From Candidatus Thorarchaeota archaeon (lineage in GTDB: Archaea; Asgardarchaeota; Thorarchaeia; Thorarchaeales; Thorarchaeaceae), in contig PRDH01000024.1 in assembly GCA_003345545.1 (NCBI GenBank), forward strand, positions 1 to 46,614: a stretch of 46,614 nucleotides of DNA. Direction: 5' to 3'. Shown here one piece after another: positions 1 through 8,710 of the stretch. The position numbers were made by a program, and so were the translations under genes. The notes beneath the pieces are model-generated. The model saw only the letters and a program-made list of their open reading frames with translations. It did no database searches and had not been told where the DNA came from. Each line of letters opens with the position of its first letter. Positions within the stretch are counted from its first letter, which is position 1.

Positions 1-1
1 C

Positions 2-343
2 TCTACACCAAATCAAGTGTTCACCCTTCTCCATCTTAGTGACAAGTTCCCATTCATGACCTCCAGTGACATCCGGATTCTGGATGACAATCAGCCTTCG
101 ACCTTTTGTGACATTCTCCATTATCGTTCCAGCGCCGCAATTGCTGATCACTATGTCCGCATTACTGTAGTACTCCACGAGGCTTGGAGAGAACCGGATG
201 TGCTCGATGTTCTTTGGAATATACTTCCCTGCTCCCCTCTGTGCAATAACCCGGTCCCTGACTTTTCCCTCACCCACCAGTCTGTCCATCGCTTCTACAA
301 GCTCATCATGTGGAAGTGAAGTACCAACCGTGACGAAGATCAA
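2..343 (-). CDS. Alg13/PssE(CpsG)-like glycosyltransferase, nucleotide-sugar-binding half (GT28 C-terminal-like); runs off the window start
   Basis: Not in the ORF track. Manual translation from TTG at 343: MIFVTVGTSLPHDELV...VIAQRG...YSNADIVISNCGAGTIME...LIVIQNP...HEWEL. It overlaps the stop of the upstream Alg14-like gene (TTGA). Confidence 0.85.
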   Translation of the reverse strand, partial: MIFVTVGTSLPHDELVEAMDRLVGEGKVRDRVIAQRGAGKYIPKNIEHIRFSPSLVEYYSNADIVISNCGAGTIMENVTKGRRLIVIQNPDVTGGHEWELVTKMEKGEHLIWCR

Positions 344-807
344 AATATCATCCCCCGATACTCGACCCCTCTGTAACGTTTTGCGAGGTCTGGCCAACTG
401 CTTAGCCACATATCCACCCTGCCAATTAGGAGTCTCCCTGCAATGGACGGTTCGTAGACTCTGCTAGGACTCTCTATGTAGACTGTCTTCATCCTCAGAA
501 ACCTAGCCAAGAAGAATGGCGGTATTGTGAGTCCGGAACCAGTACTAATCACAACATGGGGCCTGACTATGAGCAAAATCACGAAACTATGTAGGAAAAG
601 GAACAGTGTTCTGAGAATGGTCATAAGGACATTGTCCTTTGCTCTAAACCGCGGAGAGAAGACTCTGAAGTAATTCTTGCCTACCTTGTTTCTGGTGACC
701 TCGGACTCCCATGGAATCATGTAGGTTTTCTCAGCTTTGATTTGCCTACTTAGTATCAGTCCTCTTGTCGTATGCCCGCCTGAGCCAAGTACGAATAAGA
801 TTCTCAT
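340..807 (-). CDS. Alg14/PssD(CpsF)-like glycosyltransferase subunit
   Basis: Motifs LGSGGHT, RPHVVISTGSG, VYIES.SRV..PS.AG and W-P; paired with the Alg13-like gene. Confidence 0.88.
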   Translation of the reverse strand: MRILFVLGSGGHTTRGLILSRQIKAEKTYMIPWESEVTRNKVGKNYFRVFSPRFRAKDNVLMTILRTLFLFLHSFVILLIVRPHVVISTGSGLTIPPFFLARFLRMKTVYIESPSRVYEPSIAGRLLIGRVDMWLSSWPDLAKRYRGVEYRGMIF

Positions 808-1120
808 CAGTGTGTTCTCTCTTCCTAATGTTCCCTTTCTGACTTCTCAAGCTAGCAACATCAATATCATCCTTTTGCTTCACTGGAGACATGATCCTCA
901 GTATAGTGCGAGTCCCGTTTGGCGCCAATCCCCTCTGGATGAATTGGGATTTCTCTGGCAGTAGTCCTTTTTGATACCTGGACTAGTATGTGCATATTAT
1001 TGGGGTAAGACCCAGCAATTCTCTGGATTTGATGTATAGTTTATATCAAAAAGTGTTCTATCTCCAGTGGAAGTTGAGGTCTGTTATCCTACGACCTCCG
1101 AACCTGTGAGATGAGGCAAT

Positions 1121-1906
1121 TTGAGTGCAAAGACACCGACACCACCGTCCAGGATTGAGCCCCTCGGATTGTGGCAATCAGTACGGCTCTTCACGTTGAA
1201 TGATGAAGCAGCCAAGAAACTAACTGGAGCTCAGTTGGCTAGTATCCTCAGCGGCTTGGCTCCTTTCGATGCAGATAAGGAGCCCAAGGCTGGTTTTACG
1301 AATATTGACTCACGTGGAAAGACTGTCATTGCTGACCTTAAGGCAGCTTTCAATGTCGTTGCCCATGAGTTCGATACAGCTGGTGAGCGCATAAGCAAGA
1401 AATATTCTACGATTGAAAGAGGGAATATAACAGTCAGACTCGATGAGAAAGTTGCAGAGGTCAGAGGGTCAGGTCGGCTTGCCATGAGATTCCGAAAGAT
1501 TCTGATGGATATGACTGAAATCGTTGCTGAACCATTGTTTGTCGATAAGGAAGCGAGAAGAGTGATTTTTGACAAACTTGTCAAGCCAACAGAGGCTCCA
1601 CCAAAACCACTAGAGATCAATGTGGAGGACATTGTTTATACCGACATCGAGAAGAAGGAACTGAGGAAGGCGGAATTCCAGGGCGACAAGCTCCAGCACA
1701 AGGCAGAAGTGGGACACTATGGTCGGATGTATGGAGGAACGATCTCTCGGTTTACGGGGATCTTCGTCTATCCTAGCAATACACCATACAAGACCTCTGT
1801 GAACTATGATGGTTCATGCATCATGGTCTTCAAGACATCAGATGGGATTCTCGAGAAAGACCTCCGTTGGATTATCAAGATGCTTGTTGAAAACGCCTCA
1901 CAATAG
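1121..1906 (+). CDS. Hypothetical protein, possibly RdgC/NdpA-like (TBP-like fold) DNA-binding protein
   Basis: 261-aa clean ORF with a TATA-like TTTATAT at about 1040. Pattern W.SVRLFTL...L..LAPF....KAGF, EV.GS.R.A..F...L......EPL and L....EV..Y....GG.I recalls RdgC. The fold is inference only. Confidence 0.5.
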   Translation: MSAKTPTPPSRIEPLGLWQSVRLFTLNDEAAKKLTGAQLASILSGLAPFDADKEPKAGFTNIDSRGKTVIADLKAAFNVVAHEFDTAGERISKKYSTIERGNITVRLDEKVAEVRGSGRLAMRFRKILMDMTEIVAEPLFVDKEARRVIFDKLVKPTEAPPKPLEINVEDIVYTDIEKKELRKAEFQGDKLQHKAEVGHYGRMYGGTISRFTGIFVYPSNTPYKTSVNYDGSCIMVFKTSDGILEKDLRWIIKMLVENASQ

Positions 1907-2116
1907 ATGAAATAGGGTGTAGGCTGTTTCTGCCTCCCCTCTCACATCTTTGTGCACATTTCAGTCAGTCACTAGACAGAATTGAGATCAAGAATCGTCT
2001 CTTTCTCATTAGCAATGCTGGGATTCCGATACTGCATTTTGACGATTCGCTTCATCCGCCACTTGCTTTGGCTCACTCGTTCGATGGATTAAAAAGGTCT
2101 GTTCTAGACTAGAACG

Positions 2117-2857
2117 ATGAGGGATATGCCTGCAGGTTCTGACGACATAGTACGACGTGATTTCCAGCACGGTAAGGTCGCCTATGCCTTCCAATGGAAT
2201 TCATCCAATCACATGCGGCTTGGCAATCAAACTGGCGATCTAGCCTCGCTTTGGGCTCACCTCAAGACAATACAGTCTGGCCGTATTCCAGAGTCTCTCT
2301 TCTCTGACCCTATGTTCACAAGAGCTTCAAGACTTCGTCTCGTGAGCATGCCTCAAGCCAAGAGAGTCGGATTTCGAAAACAGCTCGAGAGAATCGGATC
2401 GATCTCAACCAGGGTTGACGATGACCTCGTTTTAAGACTTCGGGAGTATCATCAGAACCGCAATTATCCGGGCTACTCTGCAGACCACGGAATTCTGCAG
2501 GAATTCCTGTTTCACGATCCTCAGACGATTGCCATCGAGGTGCCTGTTTGGTCCGACAGCTATAGCATCACTGGACATATCGACCTCATTCGCTACGTGG
2601 ACGGTTTCATCCAGATATGCGATTACAAACCTGGCCCCTTAGAATCGACTAAACGAAGGTTCTTCGACTCACTTCCTCAGGTTTCAGCATACGGTGAGAT
2701 GATGGCTCACCTTCTTGCAGGGACTCTCCGATCAGCTCTGGAAGCCCCTCTTCTTCCGCAGATTCGATGCTCGATTTTCGATACGCATTCATGCTGGCAT
2801 TTCGGTGCGGAGTTGTTTGTGCAGCTTCAGACAATGGGATATCTCCAGAACATCTAG
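2117..2857 (+). CDS. PD-(D/E)XK (RecB-type) nuclease family protein
   Basis: Motifs IAIEVPV...ITGHIDLI...ICDYKPG...QVSAYG. Confidence 0.8.
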   Translation: MRDMPAGSDDIVRRDFQHGKVAYAFQWNSSNHMRLGNQTGDLASLWAHLKTIQSGRIPESLFSDPMFTRASRLRLVSMPQAKRVGFRKQLERIGSISTRVDDDLVLRLREYHQNRNYPGYSADHGILQEFLFHDPQTIAIEVPVWSDSYSITGHIDLIRYVDGFIQICDYKPGPLESTKRRFFDSLPQVSAYGEMMAHLLAGTLRSALEAPLLPQIRCSIFDTHSCWHFGAELFVQLQTMGYLQNI

Positions 2858-3693
2858 CCCTTATCATCGGCCACGACTGACATCCTAATGTCTTCTTCAA
2901 CTGTGGGCGGCTCAGTAGCTATCCCACTCCACTTCAGAGAGATCATGGGCCGTTCCGAAACCTGTCCCTCCCTAATTCGTGAGAAGTAGTTTTCGTTCAA
3001 GATACCGAAGTTGCCAAGAGCCGGATCAACAGGGATCCATCCCTTCTGCTCGAGAAAGACTTCACACCAAGCATGCGCCTCGGGTTCTGAATTTCCTCGA
3101 AAGAAATGACCAACAATTCTTCTAGCTGGTATTCTGACGGCACGAAGTAGTGCAACATAGAGATCTGCGTGTTCGTCACAGTCCCCTTCCCTCTCCCGAG
3201 CTGCTCTAGCGGCTCCTATTCTGCTGTCCAGATGAGTCTTCAGTTTCACGCTTTCTCTGACCATATCAAATACCAATCGTGCATACGATTCGTCATCGCC
3301 GGTTCGTTCTGCAGCTTTTTGGGACATCTCCTGTATCACGTCATCAGTTGTTTCCCAGTACTTTTGCATGCTGCAGTAGATTCCTCTGTTTCTTGCCATC
3401 ATCTCTTGTGGTGTGTTTCTTGGCTCCAATAGCCAATCGCGTGAGACTGTATCGATTCGGAGAATGACAGTAGGCGAAAAACTCTCTCCAGGATTCAACT
3501 CCGGAACCTTGACGATTGCGACCATATTCTTCTCTGCTCTCTCTGTCACTCGCGCAGGAGGGAAGACATCAATCATCTCGACGAATTGGTTGTCCATATC
3601 TGTGAAGAGATGCCATGTCATCACTCCTTTTCTAAGCCTAGATACACCTCGATTGTGTACAACTGCCTCCATCTCTATCTTTAGCCGCATCAT
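2854..3693 (-). CDS. Transglutaminase-like (Cys-His-Asp) domain protein, cytoplasmic
   Basis: Motifs GDCDEHA.L.VALLRA..IPAR...G, HAWCEV and GWIPVDP. Start is trimmed from 3906 to ATG 3693 (alternatives 3765, 3729) because the longer ORF overlaps the divergent gene. Confidence 0.85.
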   Translation of the reverse strand: MMRLKIEMEAVVHNRGVSRLRKGVMTWHLFTDMDNQFVEMIDVFPPARVTERAEKNMVAIVKVPELNPGESFSPTVILRIDTVSRDWLLEPRNTPQEMMARNRGIYCSMQKYWETTDDVIQEMSQKAAERTGDDESYARLVFDMVRESVKLKTHLDSRIGAARAAREREGDCDEHADLYVALLRAVRIPARRIVGHFFRGNSEPEAHAWCEVFLEQKGWIPVDPALGNFGILNENYFSRIREGQVSERPMISLKWSGIATEPPTVEEDIRMSVVADDKG

Positions 3694-3804
3694 CCTGCCT
3701 TCTAGAGTCCGAAGTATTGGTGGGTGCATTCCGCGAATAGATTTATGTGTTGTCGGGCTCTTCATTCCACCTGCCCTTCTTGAAATTAGCAGAGAGGTTT
3801 TCGC

Positions 3805-5256
3805 ATGGCTAAGGCCCCCGATAAAGAACCAACCGATGGCGCAGATAGCAAGAGAGTCGTTGATGGTCTTCTCTCCGAGCTTGGCGTTGATGATGAAATG
3901 CGGCATGAGCTGATTCAGTCTGGACGAATGTCAAGCGATGTGATGCGTGTAGAATCAGCAACGCAGGTTCGCCACCGAATGGAGCTTGATGAAAGCATTA
4001 AGCGGCTACGCGATAGTCTCTCCCTTCTAGAGAGGAATGTTACGACTGTTGAAGGGGCAATCGATAGAATCGAGCGCGATCTTGTTCCTGTAGTCCTCTC
4101 ATTTCTTGTTGGTCTGAAGGGTAATCTCGTGAGCATGAGAGGTGATATAGTCAACAAGAGCAAGCGCAAGGCCAAGACCAATCTTCAGAGCATGTTTGTG
4201 GATGCAGAGGTTCAACCTATTGTCCAAGAGGAGTTCACGAGAGTTGAGGAATCGCTGACCTCGGGCATGTCCACGCCAATACTTGAGAAGATGCGCGACA
4301 TCACAGAAAGCATGAAGGAATCGATGAAACTCACTCTGCAGGAACTTGCTGCTTTGAAAGGCAATGTTGATGATTACACTCAAAGAGCGACGACCGAGGT
4401 TGAATTCCTCTCCACTGAACTAGGAATGAAAGCGCGCGTCGAAGTTCCAAAGGAAGTCGAAGTTCAACTGAAGCAGTTCCAGAGCACAGCCGAAGTGCTC
4501 AAACAGGAACTGAATCTAGAGAAGAAAAAGACTGAGAACCGTGAATCAGAAAATGCTGAACTGCGAAAGAATCTTGCTGAATTGAAGGTCCGAAACGATG
4601 ATCTGGAGGACACGGTCATGGGCCTTCAGGCCGCTCCAAAGGTCGACATGGCGACCCTTACTGAACTGCGACATACTGTGAAGTCACTCGAGACATCAAA
4701 TGAAGTCCTAGAACGGAAGGTTGCGGAGCTCGAGGCACTGACCACAACCGCGGAGGCAAAGGAAAAGGACTACCTCACTCAGCTCTCCCAAAGGGAGCTG
4801 GAGATTGGTGAGCTCAATACCAACATTCGACAGCTAGAGGACGATATGGGCAAGTCTGGGGCAAGGCTAGATGAAATGGAGGAACTCAGGGCTCGACTTC
4901 GCTCCTATGAGTCTGGCGACAAAGCTAGAGAGCTGGAACGCATAAAGACGGAACTGGAGCGATCCACTGCCAGCCTAGAGAGGATGACGGGTGATTTTGA
5001 GGAAACCAAATCCAAGCTGACTCATACTGAGGAAACCCTCGAGGGTTATCTGAGCCTGATGAACAGCACGGAGAAGACCAAGGCGTTCCTTATGGTAGAG
5101 GAGCATGGCGAGATGTCAATAAGGGAGATAGCTCGCTCCCTTGGAGTTGCTCCAGCCGTGGTCATGAAGTGGGCTGAGGAATTCCAAGCTCTGGGCATTG
5201 CTCGGGTAGTTGGTGGAAGTACTCTCGTGCATCGAGACCATATTAATGCAAAGTGA
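3805..5256 (+). CDS. Long coiled-coil protein with C-terminal winged-helix domain
   Basis: E/K/L-rich heptads over most of its length; C-terminal MSIREIARSLGVAPAVVMKWAEEFQALGIARV; no Walker motifs. Confidence 0.75.
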   Translation: MAKAPDKEPTDGADSKRVVDGLLSELGVDDEMRHELIQSGRMSSDVMRVESATQVRHRMELDESIKRLRDSLSLLERNVTTVEGAIDRIERDLVPVVLSFLVGLKGNLVSMRGDIVNKSKRKAKTNLQSMFVDAEVQPIVQEEFTRVEESLTSGMSTPILEKMRDITESMKESMKLTLQELAALKGNVDDYTQRATTEVEFLSTELGMKARVEVPKEVEVQLKQFQSTAEVLKQELNLEKKKTENRESENAELRKNLAELKVRNDDLEDTVMGLQAAPKVDMATLTELRHTVKSLETSNEVLERKVAELEALTTTAEAKEKDYLTQLSQRELEIGELNTNIRQLEDDMGKSGARLDEMEELRARLRSYESGDKARELERIKTELERSTASLERMTGDFEETKSKLTHTEETLEGYLSLMNSTEKTKAFLMVEEHGEMSIREIARSLGVAPAVVMKWAEEFQALGIARVVGGSTLVHRDHINAK

Positions 5257-5265
5257 GAATAGAAC

Positions 5266-5712
5266 TTACTGAATCCGTTCGATTCTTTTCATGAACTGCA
5301 TCACTTCGATGAGGCTGTCTATCTTTAGGGCGTTCATGTATAACTTCTCGATATCTCCCTTCGCACATGACTCACTCTGCAGATATCGCTTGAAAGCCGG
5401 CTTGAGCATGCTCTCCAGATATGTCGAGCGAAGATTTTCAAGTGCATCCATGAGGCCTGTATTCAGCTGCAGTGAATCTAGCGCACTCTTGACGTTTGAT
5501 AGGCTTCCTTGGCAGTCATCCACGTCTGCGATACCCAAGCTTTTGGTGCTCAAGGTCTTTCTTACGAGCTTCACATACTCATCACTGGCGCGTTCATAGT
5601 CAACAATGGCAAGGAACTTTGTCTTAGAGCATTTTTCGAGGAAGGGCTTGCTTTTGTCGGAGAGTGTACTGAATAGACTACCGACCCTCTCAATCTGCTT
5701 TGGCGCTGACAT
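5266..5712 (-). CDS. Hypothetical alpha-helical protein
   Basis: 148-aa ORF filling the gap between flanking genes; natural composition; no recognised motif. Confidence 0.6.
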   Translation of the reverse strand: MSAPKQIERVGSLFSTLSDKSKPFLEKCSKTKFLAIVDYERASDEYVKLVRKTLSTKSLGIADVDDCQGSLSNVKSALDSLQLNTGLMDALENLRSTYLESMLKPAFKRYLQSESCAKGDIEKLYMNALKIDSLIEVMQFMKRIERIQ

Positions 5713-5842
5713 ACATTGACTCGCGCACTACTGCATTTCTTGTCCTTTAAATGCTGTCTCATTTGTATCAAAAAGGGTGCAAAAGAATGAGCAATTGATA
5801 TACCGTAAGACCGATATACGGTGTATAGATTGGTATATCGAG

Positions 5843-6889
5843 ATGAGAGAGGCTGCACTCTGGACTAAGCTGAAGACTGGAATTCGGTGCGACGTATGTG
5901 CAAGAAGGTGTGTCTTGCATGATGGAGAGACTGGGTTTTGCCGCGTTAGAACAGCCGAGGATGGCACACTCTACACAAAGGTGTATGAACTAGTCGATGG
6001 TATGGCTGCAGACCCAATTGAGAAGAAACCTCTGTTTCATTTTGCTCCTGGCAGTCATGCTTTTTCGATAAGCACCTCCAGCTGCAATTTTCGATGTCAA
6101 TTCTGCCAGAACTATCATTCATCTCAGCGAGAGAGTCCTGTAGGCGAGCACATGACCCCCTCTTCAATTGTCGACCTGGCCCAGAGGTATAGCTGTGGAG
6201 GAATCACCTATACCTATACAGAACCCACGATCTTCATTGAACTTGCTCATGATACTGCGGAGATTGCGCATTCAAAGGGGATGTTCAACACCTTCGTAAC
6301 CAATGGCTACATGACGTCTGAAACAATAGACTATATCGCACCATACTTGAATGCGGCTTCAGTGAATTTCAAGGGCAGTGGAAACAAGAAGTTCTACAAC
6401 GACTTAATGTCAGTTCCGAAGGTGGAACCGATCTTCTCTTCAATGCAGCGTATGCATGAGAAGGGCATTCTAATCGAAATCACCAATCTCATTATTCCGG
6501 AGGTCGGTGACCATCCAGACGACACTCTGAATCTGGCTCGTTGGGTTGTTAAAAACCTAGGGGCTCGAACACCATTTCATGTCCTAGCATTTTATCCGAC
6601 TTTCAAATTGACAAGTGTTCCTCGAACACCTGTCGAGATGCTTGAGAAGCATATTGCCATAGCCAAGGAGGCCGGCCTGGAATTCGTATACTCAGGGAAT
6701 ATACCCGGTCATGACTATGAGAACACCTACTGTCCTGAGTGCGGATTCAAGGCGGTTGAAAGGCATTCCGTCTATCTTGAGAGCAATAACCTGAGTCAGG
6801 AGGGGCGCTGCCCTAAGTGCAATGCAGACCTGAATATGTCTGGGGTGCAGTGGATGGTGCGTGGCAGAGGAAGCATGGGTCTATTCTGA
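5843..6889 (+). CDS. amrS: AmmeMemoRadiSam system radical SAM enzyme (PflA-like)
   Basis: Motifs C.VC.R.C...G..GFC.VR, DPIEKKPLFHF.PG, CNFRCQFCQN, YTYTEP, ENTYCP.CG. Start trimmed to MREAALW at 5843. Confidence 0.9.
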   Translation: MREAALWTKLKTGIRCDVCARRCVLHDGETGFCRVRTAEDGTLYTKVYELVDGMAADPIEKKPLFHFAPGSHAFSISTSSCNFRCQFCQNYHSSQRESPVGEHMTPSSIVDLAQRYSCGGITYTYTEPTIFIELAHDTAEIAHSKGMFNTFVTNGYMTSETIDYIAPYLNAASVNFKGSGNKKFYNDLMSVPKVEPIFSSMQRMHEKGILIEITNLIIPEVGDHPDDTLNLARWVVKNLGARTPFHVLAFYPTFKLTSVPRTPVEMLEKHIAIAKEAGLEFVYSGNIPGHDYENTYCPECGFKAVERHSVYLESNNLSQEGRCPKCNADLNMSGVQWMVRGRGSMGLF

Positions 6890-6898
6890 GGTTTCATT

Positions 6899-7792
6899 AT
6901 GCAGGTTGCTGGAGTCACATGGAAACAAAAGCAAGACACTCGCTTTGATGCAGGTCTGACTGTCTGGAGAGGTGAGGATCAGGAACCTGCCTTTCTGCCT
7001 CTTCCCCCAGGAAAGCAGTTGTCATGGCTGTTGCGTGGACCAAAGAGATGTACCGGTCGCATAAACGCCACGGGAAGACTTGAGCGTTGCCCGAAGAATT
7101 CTGTCATTCTCAGTTCAGGTCAGAAGTGTGGCTCATGTCAGGCCGTAAACCTAGTTGATCCGTGTATTCGATGCAGCGGTCACAGATGTGCCGCTCATGA
7201 AACGCGCCGGCTTCAGTGCGACAGAAGCACCTACGTCGTCTATGCAGTCTTATTCAATGATCAGACATTGAAGGTCGGGGTCTCATCAAAAGGTAGAGCG
7301 CTCACTCGCTGGGTGGAGCAAGGCGCGGACTATGCGTGTGTGCTTCGAGAGCTGGAGGGAGGCCGCAATGCGAGGCGAATTGAGGATAGAATCAGTAGGT
7401 CATATGGAATCACTAAGCAGGTTCGTTCTGAGCGGAAGACCCGCGCTCTTCTTGATAGGCTCAGTATCTCTGAGGCTCGCTCCATACTGGATGACTTGAT
7501 GACGAGTACAGATCTCCTTGATATCGACCAAGAACTGGGCCTCCAGGACCTGTCTGGATACTACACCCTGGGAGAATTGGCGTTTCAGCCCGTGTCCTGG
7601 AGAAAGAGGTCTGACCCGGTCGATGGCAGAGCAATTGTTGGCGAGAATCTCGGACTGAAGGGATCGCTGATGGTTACCAGTGCTGGCACATCACTTACTG
7701 CTGTCGACCTAAGACAAATCATTGGTTATACCATTGACATGGACTCTGATATTACACTGGTAACACAAACTGAACTTGCGGACTTCTTCTGA
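6899..7792 (+). CDS. DUF2797-family protein (Cys-rich zinc-binding region + GIY-YIG-like domain)
   Basis: Cys clusters followed by YVVYAV...LKVGVS......RWVEQGA..A. Confidence 0.75.
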   Translation: MQVAGVTWKQKQDTRFDAGLTVWRGEDQEPAFLPLPPGKQLSWLLRGPKRCTGRINATGRLERCPKNSVILSSGQKCGSCQAVNLVDPCIRCSGHRCAAHETRRLQCDRSTYVVYAVLFNDQTLKVGVSSKGRALTRWVEQGADYACVLRELEGGRNARRIEDRISRSYGITKQVRSERKTRALLDRLSISEARSILDDLMTSTDLLDIDQELGLQDLSGYYTLGELAFQPVSWRKRSDPVDGRAIVGENLGLKGSLMVTSAGTSLTAVDLRQIIGYTIDMDSDITLVTQTELADFF

Positions 7793-7807
7793 CAACCTAT
7801 TTTAGGA

Positions 7808-8710
7808 GTGAAGCATGACGTAAGGACAATGAATGATGAGCAGCAGAAGAAGGCAGAGGTCAGGTATCTCTCTCTTGTGAGAAAAGAGGGAGGTGAGCCC
7901 ATTATTGGCATCCCTTATCGTGAGATGTCAGTAGATCCTGACCTGGTTGCCAGTTTCGTTCTTGCAGTCATCATATTCGAAAACAGGCAGCTAAAGACAT
8001 TCACCAAGGAAGGCTATGTCGTAGTCATCGAGGAAGGCGAATATGTCGTTGGTCTCCTCATCATCGATAAAGTCGATAACGACGAACCTTTCCGAACAGC
8101 ACTGAAGACGATTCTTGAACGATTCGAAAAGAGCTATGAAAGTCAGCTCCTTAGTTGGAAGGGAGACATACGACCCTTCCGAGAATTCGCTCTGGATATC
8201 TTGCAGGTGTATCCATACCGGACCTTCAGCCTTGAGATGATTCCGCGCATCGTTTCCAAATCAGAGGCAACCCCTGACCATCGAGCGAATATACCCTGGA
8301 GCGTTGGCGAGACCGATAAGAAGGTGCAGACTGTTATAGGGTATATTAATGGGAAGAGGACCATTGAGGAGATAATGACTCAGTCCACTCTTGAAGACTC
8401 TGAGATCATTGCCATACTATCAATGCTTGATAAATACAAATGGATTACCCTGACCCGGAAACTGGAAGACACTTCAGTACTCGTTAAACTAATGGAACCC
8501 CCTAGGTTCTTAGTCGGAGCCTATGGAGAGCAGCTGACAAGTATAGTTGAGCACTGCGACGGTAGCAAGAGTCTGGCGGAAATCTGTGAGGTCTTACCCT
8601 ATAACATGGAGGCAGTGAAGCTCGTCGCTAAGAACCTCATCGATGCTGGTGTGTTGGGATTCAGTGACACTCAGCCAGAGAAAGATGGCACATCGGAGGC
8701 TAGTCACTAA
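7808..8710 (+). CDS. Longin domain + tandem winged-helix protein, NPRL2/NPR2-like (paralogue A)
   Basis: Longin pattern YLSLV..EGG...DPDLVASFV.AV..F...F...Y...L..WKGDIRPFREF, then YINGKRTIEEI...L.KYKWI and CDGSKSLAEIC...LIDAGVL. Start is 7808 (GTG) or 7829. Confidence 0.72.
   Translation: MKHDVRTMNDEQQKKAEVRYLSLVRKEGGEPIIGIPYREMSVDPDLVASFVLAVIIFENRQLKTFTKEGYVVVIEEGEYVVGLLIIDKVDNDEPFRTALKTILERFEKSYESQLLSWKGDIRPFREFALDILQVYPYRTFSLEMIPRIVSKSEATPDHRANIPWSVGETDKKVQTVIGYINGKRTIEEIMTQSTLEDSEIIAILSMLDKYKWITLTRKLEDTSVLVKLMEPPRFLVGAYGEQLTSIVEHCDGSKSLAEICEVLPYNMEAVKLVAKNLIDAGVLGFSDTQPEKDGTSEASH

Noticed and set aside
17-467. Plus-strand ORFs 17..319 and 198..467, and the many short antisense ORFs throughout the track
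   Set aside because: They are shadows of well-supported genes on the opposite strand or in another frame.
808-1120. Small ORFs (737..964, 746..928 and a 42-codon minus-strand ORF)
   Set aside because: No motifs or convincing coding signal; probably a divergent promoter region.
2117-2857. Cas4
   Set aside because: RecB-type motifs are present, but there is no four-Cys Fe-S pattern and no CRISPR/cas context.
3805-5256. SMC/Rad50 or Wadjet JetC
   Set aside because: No Walker A/B or signature motif, and no kleisin or KITE genes were recognised.
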